NCBI GenBank assembly: GCA_007376425.1
Contig: VMGG01000001.1
Coordinates: forward strand, 1 to 46,066
Length of the DNA stretch: 46,066 nt
Source of the DNA: Parcubacteria group bacterium Gr01-1014_2
GTDB taxonomy: Bacteria > Patescibacteriota > Minisyncoccia > 2-02-FULL-40-12
Direction of reading: 5' to 3'
Position 1 is the first letter of the stretch, and each line of letters begins with the position of its first letter. The notes under the pieces are model-generated. The model saw nothing but the letters and a program-made list of their open reading frames with translations, searched no databases and was not told where the DNA came from. Below, one piece after another: positions 32,671 to 43,570 of this stretch. The position numbers and the translations under genes are program-made.

Positions 32671-35600
32671 TTATACTACAACCACTGAAGCCACTCCATC
32701 ACCAGAGTCCATCTTCATCACTCTCACCCCTTGGGTCGCTCGGCCCAGAACCGATATGCTTTTTAATTCAGTCCTGATAATTTGTCCTTTCTTGGAAATG
32801 ACAATGAGCTCTTTCTGCTCTGGATCAACAATTTGAGCGGAAACTATTTTCCCGGTTTTGGAAGTGACTTTGGCCGCCTTAACTCCTTTGCCGGCCCGCC
32901 TCTGGATTTTAAAAGCTTTAAGGTCAGTTCTTTTGCCATAACCGTTTTCCATTATTACCAAAAGCTGGTGTTTGGCTAAAGTCTGATCTGTAATTACTTC
33001 GGTCCCAATAACATAATCGTTTTTTGAAAGCTTGACTCCGGTGACGCCGGCTGCATTGCGCCCCATCCCCCGCACATCTTTTTCTTTAAAACGGATCGAA
33101 CTGCCTTCATTGGTAACCAAAAGTATCTCGTCGCTGCCCGAAGTAAGTCTGACCCAATTTAGAAAATCGCCCTCATAAAGCTTGATGGCAATCAGGCCGC
33201 TTCGCCTGATATTGACGAACTGATCAACTTCAACTTTTTTAACTACGCCGTCACGAGTGGCCATAAAAAGATATTTTGCTTCTTTCGCTTTGGCTTTCGG
33301 AACTCGAACCACGGCCGTGATTACTTCCTGCGAAGAAATATTCAAAAAATTAACTATTGATTTGCCGCGGCTCACCCTTGAAGATTCTGGCACCTCATAG
33401 CCCTTAGTTTGGAAAACTTTTCCGGAAGCGGTAAAAAATAATAAATTGTCATGGGTATTAGCCAAAAAGAAATGGCTGACAATGTCTTCTTCTTTTGTGG
33501 TCATTCCAATTAAGCCTTTGCCGCCGCGTTTTTGAATCCTCAATTCGGATGAGGACATCCGCTTAATGTAGCCCGAATGGGTCAAAACAAATAAAGCGTC
33601 TTCTTCCGGCACTAATTCTTCTTCGCCGATTTCTTTCAAAGCGCCTCTGACTATTTTGGTTTTTCTTGCATCCCCGTATTTTTGCTTGAGTTCTTCGAAT
33701 TCATCTTTCATTAATTTTAAAATTTTCTTGGGGCTGGCTAACAATTCTTCTAAGTAAACAACAAGCTGTTTTTTCTCCTTGAGTTCGTCTTCAATCTTTT
33801 TTCTTTCCAAACCAGCCAAAGCCTGCAATCGCATCTCCAAAATGGCGGTAGTCTGAAGTTCGGTGAATTTGAATTTTTTGATTAAGTTATTAAAAGCATC
33901 CTCGCGGCTTTCCGATTTTTTAATAGTGGCGATTATTTCGTCAATATGATCAAGGGCTTTTTTCAATCCTTCCAGAATATGGGCCCTGGCTTTGGTTTGA
34001 GCCAAATCAAATTTAGTCCGCCGAGTGATAACATTTTTTCGATGTTCAATAAACTTTTCAAGAATGGTTTTTAAAGAAAGGGTCTGGGGCTGGATGCCGT
34101 CAAGCAAGGCCACCATATTGAAGTGATAAGTTTTTTGGAGATCAGTGTATTTAAAAAGCTGATTCAAAACTTTCCGGGGGGAAGAATCCTGTTTCAGTTC
34201 AATTACAATTCTCAAGCCTTCCCGATCAGACTCGTCGCGCAAATCCCTTATGCCTTCGATTTTTTTGTCTTTGACTAAATCGGCAATCTTAATAATCAAT
34301 TCGGCTTTATTAACTTGATAAGGGATTTCAGTAACGATAATCCGATAAGTCTCTTTCCCCTCGACCTGAGCTCGGGACGAAGGTTTATTCTCTTCGATAT
34401 CAACCTTGGCCCGGCTGACCACCGGACCGCGGCCCGTAGCATAAGCATTTAACAAATCTTCTCGGTTATAAATTATCCCGCCGGTCGGGAAATCAGGGCC
34501 TTGGATAAAATTTACTAATTCTTTATTGTCGGCTTCGGGATTATCAATCAAATGAACTAAACCATCTAAAACTTCGGTAATATTATGAGGCGGGATATTA
34601 GTCGCCATTCCCACGGCAATTCCGAAAGAGCCGTTTAATAAAAGGCTTGGAACGCGTGACGGCAAAACTACTGGTTCTTTTCTCGTGGCATCGTAGTTAT
34701 CGACAAAATCGACGGTCTCTTTTTCAATATCAATCAAGAGCTCTTCAGCGACCGAGGTCATCCTTGCCTCCGAATAACGCATCGCAGCAGCAGAATCTCC
34801 ATCAATCGAGTTATGAACAAAAATTCCTGAAGCCAGAGCAAAGTTATGAGTTTTATCAACTGTTAAATCATAAACATCTCGTTTCTCTTCTAAAAATCTA
34901 ACTTCTAGAACTTTGTGATTATACTTCTGGGCCTGGCTGACAATTTCTTTGAAATCTGAAAAATATCTCAAAACATTATTTATATTTGGGGTCCCGTTAT
35001 TAGCTCTGTTTTTTTCATAAGTCTCTGGGGTTAGTTCATAACCCTGATCTAATAAATTTTTAGCATGCCTCAAAATCTTTGATTTTATCACCTGTTCCTT
35101 GTACCCGGCTTTTTGCCATTTTTTTCTCAGAGACACGGCTGCTTTTTTTGCCAGTCTTTTCATAAAGTCGGGTTGCTCTTTCAATCGTTGCAGATTTCTT
35201 TCTTTTGTCGCTTGGGATATTTTTTTTCTGAATTCCGGGATTTCCCACTGCTTTCTGGCTTTTTCAGAATGAATCTTCTTCATCTCTGGATTGCTCCATA
35301 AAACTTTCGCCATCCGGCTAAAATGGTTTTGGGGGTATTTCGCTCTATACTGAGGGTCTCGCCATAACTTTTTTGCAAATTTTGTTTGCCTTTTTCTATA
35401 CTCTGGATTTTCCCATTGTTTTTTAGATGACTCACTTATATACTCGCGATGCTCGGGATTGGCCCATAACTTCAAAGACCATTCTCTAGTCAAGTCGGTC
35501 ATTTTTTTTCTATAATTTTCATCTTGCCACTTTATCTTCAGCTCCTTTGATTTCAATTTACTCATGAGCTTCTGATAATCTGCTCGTTGCCATGTCTTTT

Positions 35601-36705
35601 TCAATGTTTCACTCGAAACTTTTCTCATAAATTCTTTATACTCCGGATCTGACCATAGTTTTTGTATTATTTTGTGGTGTTTTTTTCTAAACTCCTTGCT
35701 TTTCCAAAGTTTTTCGTTTAATTTTCTTGCTCTTTCGACAAATAAATGCCGGTTTTCATTTATGTACTTTTCTCTTCCTTCGGCCAGTTTTTTAACATAT
35801 TCAGGGTCATTCTTATGCCTTTCTGCAGACATTTGATAATGTAAAACCCAATGATCTTTCCACTGCATTCTTTTAATGTTATCGGGATTATTGTTTAATT
35901 TATTGAAATCCAAGTGGTGGCGAACTTTCCCGTCGCTTTTCTTATAGACTCCGTTTTCAACGTTAAATTTGTCGGCTAATCGATGAGTCCAATCCCAAAT
36001 ATTTTTAAACGGCTGCCAAATCATTCTGTATCCGACGGCATTTTTGTCGTCTTCCTTAGTTGATAGTCTAAAGTAAACCGGCATTAACGAATCACCATTT
36101 TTAAGATTTTGGGCCTCTTTGTAGCTACCGTCTCGCAACGTAAAACGGTGGCTTGGAGTGCATTTTATTTTTTCGCCGTTGTCCAAAATGACTTCAACCA
36201 GTTTTGCATCTTTTTTTGTCAATCTTGGATTTTTAATTTCTGCAATTTCTATAGATTTCGTCTGATGATTAAACGTATAAGTATGATTTTTCTTTCCACT
36301 TTTATATTCTTTAACTAAATCAATAAAAGATAGTTCTCTTCCATCGGTTAATGAAATCTTTGTATCTCCCGTAAAACAGCCCCAGTTGCCTTGACCGTCA
36401 ATCAATGGATAGCGCAACGAAAAATCTTGGGCCATCCGGACCATAGCTTCATACACCGGTGCGTCTCCATGAGGATGGTATTTCCCTAAAATTTCACCCA
36501 CTACACGAGCCGATTTTACAAACTTAACATTGTGCCTCAAGCCCATTTCGTTCATCGCGTAAAGAATTCTCCTCTGAACCGGCTTGAGTCCGTCTCGGAC
36601 ATCGGGCAGAGCGCGCGAAATAATTACGCTCATCGCGTAATCCAAATACGACTCCCTCATCTCTTGGGTTATTTCTCGTTGTTTTATTTTTCCGATTTCA
36701 GACAA
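32671..36705 (-). CDS. gyrA: DNA gyrase subunit A precursor containing one intein
   Basis: It has a TTG start. [44 protein letters not shown] and the C-terminal beta-pinwheel repeats match GyrA. The extein is 821 aa once 523 aa are removed. Confidence 0.95.
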   Translation of the reverse strand: MSEIGKIKQREITQEMRESYLDYAMSVIISRALPDVRDGLKPVQRRILYAMNEMGLRHNVKFVKSARVVGEILGKYHPHGDAPVYEAMVRMAQDFSLRYPLIDGQGNWGCFTGDTKISLTDGRELSFIDLVKEYKSGKKNHTYTFNHQTKSIEIAEIKNPRLTKKDAKLVEVILDNGEKIKCTPSHRFTLRDGSYKEAQNLKNGDSLMPVYFRLSTKEDDKNAVGYRMIWQPFKNIWDWTHRLADKFNVENGVYKKSDGKVRHHLDFNKLNNNPDNIKRMQWKDHWVLHYQMSAERHKNDPEYVKKLAEGREKYINENRHLFVERARKLNEKLWKSKEFRKKHHKIIQKLWSDPEYKEFMRKVSSETLKKTWQRADYQKLMSKLKSKELKIKWQDENYRKKMTDLTREWSLKLWANPEHREYISESSKKQWENPEYRKRQTKFAKKLWRDPQYRAKYPQNHFSRMAKVLWSNPEMKKIHSEKARKQWEIPEFRKKISQATKERNLQRLKEQPDFMKRLAKKAAVSLRKKWQKAGYKEQVIKSKILRHAKNLLDQGYELTPETYEKNRANNGTPNINNVLRYFSDFKEIVSQAQKYNHKVLEVRFLEEKRDVYDLTVDKTHNFALASGIFVHNSIDGDSAAAMRYSEARMTSVAEELLIDIEKETVDFVDNYDATRKEPVVLPSRVPSLLLNGSFGIAVGMATNIPPHNITEVLDGLVHLIDNPEADNKELVNFIQGPDFPTGGIIYNREDLLNAYATGRGPVVSRAKVDIEENKPSSRAQVEGKETYRIIVTEIPYQVNKAELIIKIADLVKDKKIEGIRDLRDESDREGLRIVIELKQDSSPRKVLNQLFKYTDLQKTYHFNMVALLDGIQPQTLSLKTILEKFIEHRKNVITRRTKFDLAQTKARAHILEGLKKALDHIDEIIATIKKSESREDAFNNLIKKFKFTELQTTAILEMRLQALAGLERKKIEDELKEKKQLVVYLEELLASPKKILKLMKDEFEELKQKYGDARKTKIVRGALKEIGEEELVPEEDALFVLTHSGYIKRMSSSELRIQKRGGKGLIGMTTKEEDIVSHFFLANTHDNLLFFTASGKVFQTKGYEVPESSRVSRGKSIVNFLNISSQEVITAVVRVPKAKAKEAKYLFMATRDGVVKKVEVDQFVNIRRSGLIAIKLYEGDFLNWVRLTSGSDEILLVTNEGSSIRFKEKDVRGMGRNAAGVTGVKLSKNDYVIGTEVITDQTLAKHQLLVIMENGYGKRTDLKAFKIQRRAGKGVKAAKVTSKTGKIVSAQIVDPEQKELIVISKKGQIIRTELKSISVLGRATQGVRVMKMDSGDGVASVVVV
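34365..34391 (-). repeat. GC-rich near-palindromic insert, in-frame in gyrA (encodes PSSRAQVEG)
   Basis: The coding strand reads ccttcgtcccgagctcaggtcgagggg. The arms ccttcg../..cgaggg pair with 2 mismatches. It lies in a loop before the conserved TEIPYQVNK. Confidence 0.5.
34810..36378 (-). mobile_element. Intein (523 aa, Cys110..Asn632) with an HNH nuclease domain and a basic helical repeat array
   Basis: The junctions are GQGNWG|[10 protein letters not shown] ... GIFVHN|SIDGD, and block B is TPSHRF. The HNH motif is [29 protein letters not shown]. There are about 11 units of W-x-x-[PA]-[ED]-[YF]-[RK] spaced 17-22 aa apart. Confidence 0.9.
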
Positions 36706-36774
36706 AATAAATCAACTTACAACTATACAACCTGCAACTTTAAAGTCGTAAGTTGTCAGTCGTTAGTTGTTGGT

Positions 36775-37110
36775 TTATTCCGAAACTGGCAATAATCTCG
36801 GCTCTATCTTTTTTACTCCGGTTCTCTCTTCTAAATTACTCCCAACGTCACCCTCCTGTTTTTTAAAGGCCGCCAAACCGAATAGATTAAAAATTTCCGC
36901 CCTTAAATCATCAAGGCCTTTGCCGATTGTGGTAATAGGGGATTCTTGTTTTGCGGTTTCCAGCTCTTTTGAAGGATCTAACAAAAAGGTGAGTCTTTGC
37001 TGAAACGATTGAATCCAGATAAAAATAACCAATGAAAAAACAATAAAAACCGAAAGCCACATGAATATGGCGCGAATATGGGACGGCTGTCTTCTTATTT
37101 CTTTTAGCAT
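36775..37110 (-). CDS. Hypothetical single-pass membrane protein
   Basis: 111 aa with one TM (IFMWLSVFIVFSLVIFIWI). No family is recognised. Confidence 0.5.
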   Translation of the reverse strand: MLKEIRRQPSHIRAIFMWLSVFIVFSLVIFIWIQSFQQRLTFLLDPSKELETAKQESPITTIGKGLDDLRAEIFNLFGLAAFKKQEGDVGSNLEERTGVKKIEPRLLPVSE

Positions 37111-37111
37111 T

Positions 37112-37750
37112 TTAAAAGGTAAATAAAACTAATCTCATCTCCTCGGCCGGCAGATTCTTTTTTTGGATTTTATATGACTTCTCTGCTTTTTCCGGAGTCA
37201 AGCTCATCTCTTTTAAAAATTTCTCTGGACCTTCAATGTCAACTTTCAAGCCCGATATTTTGTAATGCATCGGAATCGCGATTTTCGGCTCGATTTGAGA
37301 AATCGTCTCAACTGCTTCTTTATAATTTATCGTGTAAACGCCGCCGGTTGGAATCATCAGAATATCAACATCACCAATTTTTTCTATTTGCTCCTCCGTC
37401 AAAGCGCTCTGGCCGAAATCACCCATATGGACGATAACCAAGTCTTCCATTTTTATCCTATAGATTGTATTCAACCCTCTTTCCTGGCCTTGGCTTTTAT
37501 CGTGGAATGACTGAATCCCTTTTATAAAAACACCTTTTACTTCATATTCACCCGGGCCTTTTATTAAAAGCGCGTCTTTTGGCAGGCCTTCTGTATTATT
37601 ATGATCATAATGCTCATGGGAAACTAAGACAATGTCGTCTTTAATTTTGGGCGGCCTTAATCCGACTTCCGGGGAAAACGGGTCAATCAAAATCGAGACG
37701 TCCTTACTTTCAAGCCTAAAACACGAATGCCCATACCAAGTGATAACCAT
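37112..37750 (-). CDS. MBL-fold metal-dependent hydrolase (UPF0173-like)
   Basis: ITWYGHSCFRL...ILIDPF...VLVSHEHYDHNN matches the family. Confidence 0.85.
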   Translation of the reverse strand: MVITWYGHSCFRLESKDVSILIDPFSPEVGLRPPKIKDDIVLVSHEHYDHNNTEGLPKDALLIKGPGEYEVKGVFIKGIQSFHDKSQGQERGLNTIYRIKMEDLVIVHMGDFGQSALTEEQIEKIGDVDILMIPTGGVYTINYKEAVETISQIEPKIAIPMHYKISGLKVDIEGPEKFLKEMSLTPEKAEKSYKIQKKNLPAEEMRLVLFTF

Positions 37751-37821
37751 GTCTTAATCATAACATTAGAATTATTAATTTTCAACGAAAAACTTGAAAT
37801 TTTCTCAAAATAAAGATACTA

Positions 37822-38688
37822 TTGAAAACTGCTATGGAAACCCAGTTTAACCTACCAGAAACAAACGGCTTAAATACTAAAAAACTGATGAAAGAGCTTC
37901 TGGGCAAGTTTAATTTCTCTTTGCCTAAGAAAGGTGCAGTTTTAGACGGCGAGATAACAAATATTTCTCTTTTAAGCATTCTCGTTGATCTTGGATCTTT
38001 TGGCGCCGGGATAGTTTATCCCCGAGAATTTTACGATGACCCTGAAAAACAAAAAAACTTGAAGCCGGGGCAAAATGTAAAATTAGTCCTCCTGAATTTA
38101 GAAAATGAAGAAGGCTTAAGAGAATTATCCTTAAAAAGAGCCCAAATGAAATCAGCTTGGCAGGAAGTAAAAGAAATCTATGAAAATGGAGAAATAATTG
38201 CGGTTAAAATAGCCAATCTAAACAAAGGAGGATTGATTGCCGAAGTCAGAGGCATCCAGGCTTTTATGCCTTTGAGCCAATTAGCCGAAGAGCATTATCC
38301 CAAAGTTGAGAATGGAAACATTCAGGAAATTGTCAGAATTCTGCAGACTTATCGAAACCAGGAATTTAAAGTAAAAATAATCGATGTTGATGAATCACAA
38401 AATAAATTAATCATTTCGGAAAAGGCGGCCAAGCAAACCTTAGAAAAAGAAAAGTTAATTCAGTATAATGTCGGGGACATACTCGAAGGAGAAATTACTG
38501 AAACGACCGATTTCGGGGCTTTCGTAAAACTGCCGGATGGCTCGGAGGCTCTGATTCCAAAATTGGAAATAGGCGAGGGTAAAAATATGCAGGAAATTTT
38601 AAAGACCGGGGAAAAAATCAAAGCTAAAATCATCGAAGTCTCCCCGAATAAAATCGTCCTCTCTTTAAAAGCCCTCGAATTGTCGTAG
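37822..38688 (+). CDS. S1 RNA-binding domain protein (short ribosomal protein S1-like, ~3 S1 repeats)
   Basis: Repeated OB-type S1 signatures are present: GAVLDGEI...GAGIVYP, GEIIAVKIANLNKGGLIAEV.GIQAFMP and GDILEGEITETTDFGAFVKL. The start is TTG at 37822 or ATG at 37834. Confidence 0.75.
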   Translation: MKTAMETQFNLPETNGLNTKKLMKELLGKFNFSLPKKGAVLDGEITNISLLSILVDLGSFGAGIVYPREFYDDPEKQKNLKPGQNVKLVLLNLENEEGLRELSLKRAQMKSAWQEVKEIYENGEIIAVKIANLNKGGLIAEVRGIQAFMPLSQLAEEHYPKVENGNIQEIVRILQTYRNQEFKVKIIDVDESQNKLIISEKAAKQTLEKEKLIQYNVGDILEGEITETTDFGAFVKLPDGSEALIPKLEIGEGKNMQEILKTGEKIKAKIIEVSPNKIVLSLKALELS

Positions 38689-38691
38689 AAG

Positions 38692-40506
38692 ATGAAAAAT
38701 ATTATCAAATACATCTTGCTTGTTTTTATTTTACTGCTGACGCTGTCTGGAATAGCGGCCCTTTTGAATTCAGTTGATCATGATCAAGAAATTTCTTTGA
38801 GCCAACTGGTCCAAAAGATTAACTCTGGCCAAGTTAAAGAAATCTTTATCCGAAATGACAACCTTGAAATAACTTTAGCTGACGGGACAAAAGAAAAAGC
38901 AAAAAAAGAATTCGGCACTGCCTTAAGCCAAACTCTTCAAAGTTTTGGCGTTGATCAAGAAAAACTCTTAGAAGTCGAGATAAAAGTTGAAAACGATGAC
39001 AGTATTGTTTCGGCAGTTCTTAATTCTCTGCCTTTTATCCTTCCTTTCCTTTTGATTATCCTTTTATTCTGGTGGATGATGCGCCAAGCTCAAACCGGAG
39101 CAATGCAGGCTTTTCATTTTGGCCGGTCAAAAGCAAGACTATCCAATGCTTCAAGCGACGGCAAAAAAATTTATTTTAAAGATGTCGCCGGATTAAAAGA
39201 AGTTAAGGAAGAAATCCAGGAAGTGGTTGAATTTTTAAAAGACCCTAAAAAATTCCAAGGCTTGGGAGCTAAAATTCCAAAAGGCGTTCTCCTTGTCGGC
39301 CCCCCGGGAACTGGGAAAACAATGCTGGCCAAAGCCGTGGCCAACGAAGCCAGGGTGCCATTTTATTACGTTTCTGGGTCTGAATTCGTGGAACTTTTTG
39401 TCGGTGTTGGAGCGAATCGAGTCCGTGATACTTTTGATATAGCCAAAAGAAATGCCCCTTCAATTATCTTTATTGATGAGATTGACGCCATCGGCAGGCA
39501 TCGGGGCGCGGGATTGGGCGGGGGCCATGACGAAAGAGAACAAACCCTGAATCAAATCCTGGTAGAAATGGACGGGTTTGCCACTGATGAAAAAGTAATA
39601 ATCTTAGCCGGCACAAACCGACCAGACATTTTAGACCCAGCCTTGCTTCGGCCGGGTCGCTTTGACCGAAAGGTAATCTTAGACTTTCCTTCGATTTCTG
39701 ACCGTGAAGAAACACTGAAAATCCACGCCCTTGATAAACCCTTAGCCAAAGATGTTAATATCAGAATTATTGCCCAAAGAACTCCCGGCTTTTCCGGCGC
39801 TGATTTAGCCAACCTCATTAATGAAGCGGCAATCTTGGCGGCCCGCAAAAACCAAAAAGAAATTTTTCAAATCAACCTGATTGAAGCAATTGAAAAAGTG
39901 ATGCTCGGCCCAGAAAGAAAAAGCCATGTCTTAAACGAAAAAGAAAAAAATATCACCGCTTACCATGAAGCCGGCCATGCCCTTGTCGCGAGCTCGCTTA
40001 AAAATATGGATCCAGTAAATAAAATTTCGATTGTCTCCCGGGGCCGGGCTGGCGGCTATACCTTGAAACTCCCGTCTGAAGACAAGCATTTGAGAAGTAA
40101 GAGAGAATTCGAATCTGAATTGGCTGTTTTACTTGGCGGTTATACGGCCGAGAAAATAATTTTCAAGGACACGACCACCGGCGCCTCAAATGATCTTAAA
40201 GTCGCTTCCGAACTGGCAAGGCGTATGGTCACCGAATTCGGAATGTCGGAAAAACTGGGACCGATAACTTATGGAGATAAAGATGATATAGTCTTCCTCG
40301 GCAAAGAACTTTCTGCAGAAAAAAATTATTCTAGCGAAACCGCCTACTTAATTGATCAGGAAGTCAAAAAATTCATCTCCGGGGCTTTGAAAATGGCAAA
40401 AAATATTCTTAGCCAAAAATTGCAAATTTTGCATAAAATTGCTAAAAAGCTAGTAGAAAAGGAGACTTTAGAGCAAGAAGAGTTTTACGGCCTTTTGGGC
40501 GCGTAG
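38692..40506 (+). CDS. ftsH: ATP-dependent zinc metalloprotease FtsH
   Basis: It has two N-terminal TMs, Walker A GPPGTGKT, Walker [31 protein letters not shown] and the zinc site HEAGHAL. Confidence 0.95.
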   Translation: MKNIIKYILLVFILLLTLSGIAALLNSVDHDQEISLSQLVQKINSGQVKEIFIRNDNLEITLADGTKEKAKKEFGTALSQTLQSFGVDQEKLLEVEIKVENDDSIVSAVLNSLPFILPFLLIILLFWWMMRQAQTGAMQAFHFGRSKARLSNASSDGKKIYFKDVAGLKEVKEEIQEVVEFLKDPKKFQGLGAKIPKGVLLVGPPGTGKTMLAKAVANEARVPFYYVSGSEFVELFVGVGANRVRDTFDIAKRNAPSIIFIDEIDAIGRHRGAGLGGGHDEREQTLNQILVEMDGFATDEKVIILAGTNRPDILDPALLRPGRFDRKVILDFPSISDREETLKIHALDKPLAKDVNIRIIAQRTPGFSGADLANLINEAAILAARKNQKEIFQINLIEAIEKVMLGPERKSHVLNEKEKNITAYHEAGHALVASSLKNMDPVNKISIVSRGRAGGYTLKLPSEDKHLRSKREFESELAVLLGGYTAEKIIFKDTTTGASNDLKVASELARRMVTEFGMSEKLGPITYGDKDDIVFLGKELSAEKNYSSETAYLIDQEVKKFISGALKMAKNILSQKLQILHKIAKKLVEKETLEQEEFYGLLGA

Positions 40507-40511
40507 AGACT

Positions 40512-40584
40512 GGGGATGTAGCTCAATTGGTAGAGCAGTCGCCTTATACGCGAAAGCGTGGAGGTTCGAGCCCTCCCATCCCCA
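40512..40584 (+). tRNA. tRNA with anticodon UAU (Ile, AUA-reading)
   Basis: It reads GGGGATG TA GCTC AATTGGTA GAGC A GTCGC CTTATAC GCGAA AGCGT GGAGG TTCGAGC CCTCC CATCCCC A. Confidence 0.8.
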
Positions 40585-40586
40585 TT

Positions 40587-40658
40587 GGGCAGTTAGTTCA
40601 GTGGCAGAACGCTTTCTCGACACGAAAGAGGCCGCAGGTCCGATTCCTGCACTGCCCA
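40587..40658 (+). tRNA. tRNA-Val (anticodon GAC)
   Basis: It reads GGGCAGT TA GTTC AGTGGCA GAAC G CTTTC TCGACAC GAAAG AGGCC GCAGG TCCGATT CCTGC ACTGCCC A. The anticodon loop has C rather than U at position 33. Confidence 0.8.
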
Positions 40659-40671
40659 TTTGGGAAATAAT

Positions 40672-41019
40672 ATGGATAAAATCCAGCAATTCAATCAAAA
40701 ATATAATACGCGCGAAATTCCCGAAATCCAGCCTGGTTGGACAATTAAGATTTTCCAAAAGATAAAAGAGGGCGGCAAAGAAAGAGTGGCTCCGTTTGAA
40801 GGAATTGTAATTGCAAAAAAACACGGAAAAGAAGTTGGAGGGACTTTTACGGTTAGGAAAATAATCTCTGGAGTCGGGGTTGAAAAGATTTTCCCGATTC
40901 ATTCGCCGACCATTGAAAAAATAGAAATTGTTAAAAAAGCAAAAGTAAGACGAGCGAAATTGTATTATCTTAGAGAAAAGAGCAGAAAAGAAACAAGGAG
41001 AAAGTTAAAAGCGATTTAA
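40672..41019 (+). CDS. rplS: 50S ribosomal protein L19
   Basis: IPEIQPGWTIKIFQKIKEGGKERVAPFEGIVIAKKHGKEVGGTFTVRKIISGVGVEKIFPIHSP matches L19. The start is taken at the ATG at 40672. Confidence 0.9.
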   Translation: MDKIQQFNQKYNTREIPEIQPGWTIKIFQKIKEGGKERVAPFEGIVIAKKHGKEVGGTFTVRKIISGVGVEKIFPIHSPTIEKIEIVKKAKVRRAKLYYLREKSRKETRRKLKAI

Positions 41020-41023
41020 TTTT

Positions 41024-41107
41024 GCGGACGTGGCGGAACTGGTTTACGCAGCAGCTTGAGGTGCTGTGCCTTGCAAAAGGTTGAGGGTTCGAATCCCTCC
41101 GTCCGCA
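41024..41107 (+). tRNA. tRNA-Leu (anticodon GAG), type II
   Basis: It reads GCGGACG TG GCG GAACTGGTTTA CGC A GCAGC TTGAGGT GCTGT GCCTTGCAAAAGGTT GAGGG TTCGAAT CCCTC CGTCCGC A. Confidence 0.9.
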
Positions 41108-41118
41108 TTTGGAACTTC

Positions 41119-41190
41119 GGGCAGTTAGTTCAGTGGCAGAACATCCGGCTTACATCCGGAAGGTCGCAGGTTCAATCCCTGCACTGCCCA
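41119..41190 (+). tRNA. tRNA-Val (anticodon UAC)
   Basis: It reads GGGCAGT TA GTTC AGTGGCA GAAC A TCCGG CTTACAT CCGGA AGGTC GCAGG TTCAATC CCTGC ACTGCCC A. Confidence 0.9.
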
Positions 41191-41196
41191 TTAATT

Positions 41197-41847
41197 ATGT
41201 ATCTCGTCAAACTTCTCGCCAAAAAAGAAGTGGCCGAAAAAACAACGGCCTTCTTTTTTGAAAAGCCGAAAGGTTTCAAGTTCGTTCCGGGGCAGTTCAT
41301 CGAAATTTATTTGGCTAAAACCCTGACTCATGAGTTTTCAATCGCCTCTTCACCAAAAGAAAAAGAATTAATGATTGCAACCAGAATGAGGCCGTCGGCG
41401 TTTAAAAAATCGCTGAATAAACTGAAAATAGGGAACCAAGCAAAGATAGGCGGGCCGTTCGGTCAATTCGTTTTGCATAAAAACAAAAAAATCCCGGCCG
41501 TATTTTTGGCCGGCGGAATCGGAATCACGCCCTTCCGCTCAATGATAAAGGACCACCTGAACCGCAAGATAACTCTTTTTTACTCAAACCGAAGAGAAAA
41601 GGATGCTACTTTTTTAGAAGAACTTAAAACCTTACAAAATAGGAACTTTAAATTAACCCCTTTAATGACTAAGAAAAATGGAAAACACATCGACCAGAAA
41701 ATGATAAAAGATAATGTAAATGGATGGCAAAAGACAATTTACTACGCGGTCGGCTCAACCGGGTTTGTCCAGTCAATGGTTAATATGCTTTCTGAAATGA
41801 AAATGAAACCAGAACAAATCAAAACCGAAAACTTTTCTGGATACTAA
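41197..41847 (+). CDS. Ferredoxin-reductase-type FAD/NAD(P)-binding oxidoreductase
   Basis: FVPGQFIEIYL, HEFSIASSP (RxYS-like) and FLAGGIGITPFRSM match the family. The start is taken at the Met after tRNA-Val, because the track ORF runs through two tRNAs. Confidence 0.75.
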   Translation: MYLVKLLAKKEVAEKTTAFFFEKPKGFKFVPGQFIEIYLAKTLTHEFSIASSPKEKELMIATRMRPSAFKKSLNKLKIGNQAKIGGPFGQFVLHKNKKIPAVFLAGGIGITPFRSMIKDHLNRKITLFYSNRREKDATFLEELKTLQNRNFKLTPLMTKKNGKHIDQKMIKDNVNGWQKTIYYAVGSTGFVQSMVNMLSEMKMKPEQIKTENFSGY

Positions 41848-41892
41848 AATTAGAAATTAGACATTAGAAATTAGTAATTATAAAATCTTAAT

Positions 41893-42504
41893 ATGTCCAA
41901 ATACGAACTTCCCCCATTACCATATCCTTATGATGCTCTTGAACCTTACATTGACACCAAGACTATGGAAATTCACCATACTAAGCATCATCAGACCTAT
42001 GTGGATAAACTGAATGCCGCCTTGGAAAAGCATCCCGAACTTTTTGAAAAACCGCTGGAAGATTTACTGCGAAACATAAACAGCACTCCCGAAGAGATAA
42101 AACAGGCCGTTACTAATCATGGCGGCGGACATTTAAACCACAGTTTGTTTTGGACGATCATGGCACCGAACGCAGGGGGTCAGCCAAGCGGCGCTCTGGC
42201 CGAAGAAATAAATAAAACTTTCGGCGGTTTTGAAAAATTTAAAGAAGAATTCACTAATACTGCTTTAGGTATATTCGGAAGCGGTTGGGCTTGGCTAGAT
42301 ATATTCAACGGAAAATTAAAAATCTGCACCACTGCCAATCAAAATAGCATCTTAATGGAAAATAAAATGCCGATTTTGAATCTTGATGTCTGGGAACATG
42401 CTTATTATCTTAAATACCAAAGCCGCCGGAAAGAATATATCGACGCATGGTGGAATATCGTAAACTGGAAAGAGGTTGAAAAAAATTATAAGAAATCAAA
42501 ATGA
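41893..42504 (+). CDS. sodA: Fe/Mn superoxide dismutase
   Basis: [45 protein letters not shown] and DVWEHAYYL match the family. Confidence 0.95.
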   Translation: MSKYELPPLPYPYDALEPYIDTKTMEIHHTKHHQTYVDKLNAALEKHPELFEKPLEDLLRNINSTPEEIKQAVTNHGGGHLNHSLFWTIMAPNAGGQPSGALAEEINKTFGGFEKFKEEFTNTALGIFGSGWAWLDIFNGKLKICTTANQNSILMENKMPILNLDVWEHAYYLKYQSRRKEYIDAWWNIVNWKEVEKNYKKSK

Positions 42505-43367
42505 ACGACCATCCTATCCACGACGAAAAACTGAAAGAGCTGGAAGAAAAAGCGATGAAGGCCCGCGAGCTTACTATTGAAGAACTGGTTGAAGCTAAAT
42601 CGGGCCATACGGCCGGGCCGCTGGGCATGGCCGATATTTTCGTGGCTTTATATTTTCACGTTTTGAATCACGACCCTAAAAATCCGACATGGGAAGAAAG
42701 AGACCGGCTCATTTTATCCAACGGCCACATCTGCCCAATCCGCTATACAGTCATGGCCATGGCCGGGTATTTTCCGATAAAAGAGCTGAAAACATTGCGC
42801 AAACTCGGGACGCGGCTTCAGGGCCATCCTGAACGCGAGCGACTTCCGGGGATTGAAACAACTTCCGGGCCTTTAGGTTCTGGCCTTGGCCAAGCATCCG
42901 GCTACGCTTACGCCGCCAGAATGGATAAAAAACAATTCAGAGTTTATTGCATAATGTCTGACGGCGAACAGGAAGCCGGCAATACTTGGGAGTCAGCAAT
43001 GTTCGCTGGAAAATATAAATTAAGCAATTTAACGGCAATAATTGACCGAAACAACATCCAGATTGACGGCATGACCGAAGACATAATGCCCCTTGAGCCG
43101 CTTGAAGAAAAATACAAGGCCTTTAACTGGAACGTGATTAATGTTGACGGCCATAATATTAAGGAATTTGTCGATGCGGTTAACTTGGCTAAAGCCACCC
43201 TGGAAAAACCAACCGTGATAATCGCCCATACGATTCCGGGTAAAGGAGTGCCAGACATTGAAGGCGATTATCTCTGGCATGGTATTCCGCCAAAGCCGGA
43301 TGAAGCTAAACATTTTATAAACGACATCAGAACTCTTAAAGGAAAGATAAAAAGCGAACACGAGTAG
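42501..43367 (+). CDS. Transketolase, N-terminal (thiamine-diphosphate-binding) subunit
   Basis: [49 protein letters not shown] and [11 protein letters not shown] match the family. No C-terminal subunit gene follows. Confidence 0.9.
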   Translation: MNDHPIHDEKLKELEEKAMKARELTIEELVEAKSGHTAGPLGMADIFVALYFHVLNHDPKNPTWEERDRLILSNGHICPIRYTVMAMAGYFPIKELKTLRKLGTRLQGHPERERLPGIETTSGPLGSGLGQASGYAYAARMDKKQFRVYCIMSDGEQEAGNTWESAMFAGKYKLSNLTAIIDRNNIQIDGMTEDIMPLEPLEEKYKAFNWNVINVDGHNIKEFVDAVNLAKATLEKPTVIIAHTIPGKGVPDIEGDYLWHGIPPKPDEAKHFINDIRTLKGKIKSEHE

Positions 43368-43411
43368 GTTTCATTGCTAAAATTCAAAAAAAGTGTAAAA
43401 TAAAGCAGCTT

Positions 43412-43482
43412 GCCCGTGTAGCTTAGTGGCAAAGCAACGGTTTCGTAAACCGTGGACGGAGGTCCGATTCCTCCCATGGGCT
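43412..43482 (+). tRNA. tRNA-Thr (anticodon CGU)
   Basis: It reads GCCCGTG TA GCTT AGTGGCA AAGC A ACGGT TTCGTAA ACCGT GGAC GGAGG TCCGATT CCTCC CATGGGC T. Confidence 0.85.
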
Positions 43483-43497
43483 TTTAACAAAATATAA

Positions 43498-43568
43498 GCC
43501 GCGGTAACTTAATGGAAAAGTAGGTGCCTGAAGAGCATCAAAAGGCAGTTCGATTCTGCCCCGCGGCA
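43498..43568 (+). tRNA. tRNA-Phe (anticodon GAA)
   Basis: It reads GCCGCGG TA ACTT AATGGAAA AGTA G GTGCC TGAAGAG CATCA AAAG GCAGT..., with the anticodon loop CTGAAGA in the alternative register, T arm GGCAG TTCGATT CTGCC and acceptor CCGCGGC A. Confidence 0.8.
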
Positions 43569-43570
43569 TT

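Noticed and set aside
40468-40902. 144-aa minus-strand ORF, and the first 47 codons of track ORF 41056..41847.
   Set aside because: Both run across tRNA genes (Ile/Val and Leu/Val respectively). The minus-strand ORF also lies antisense to rplS.
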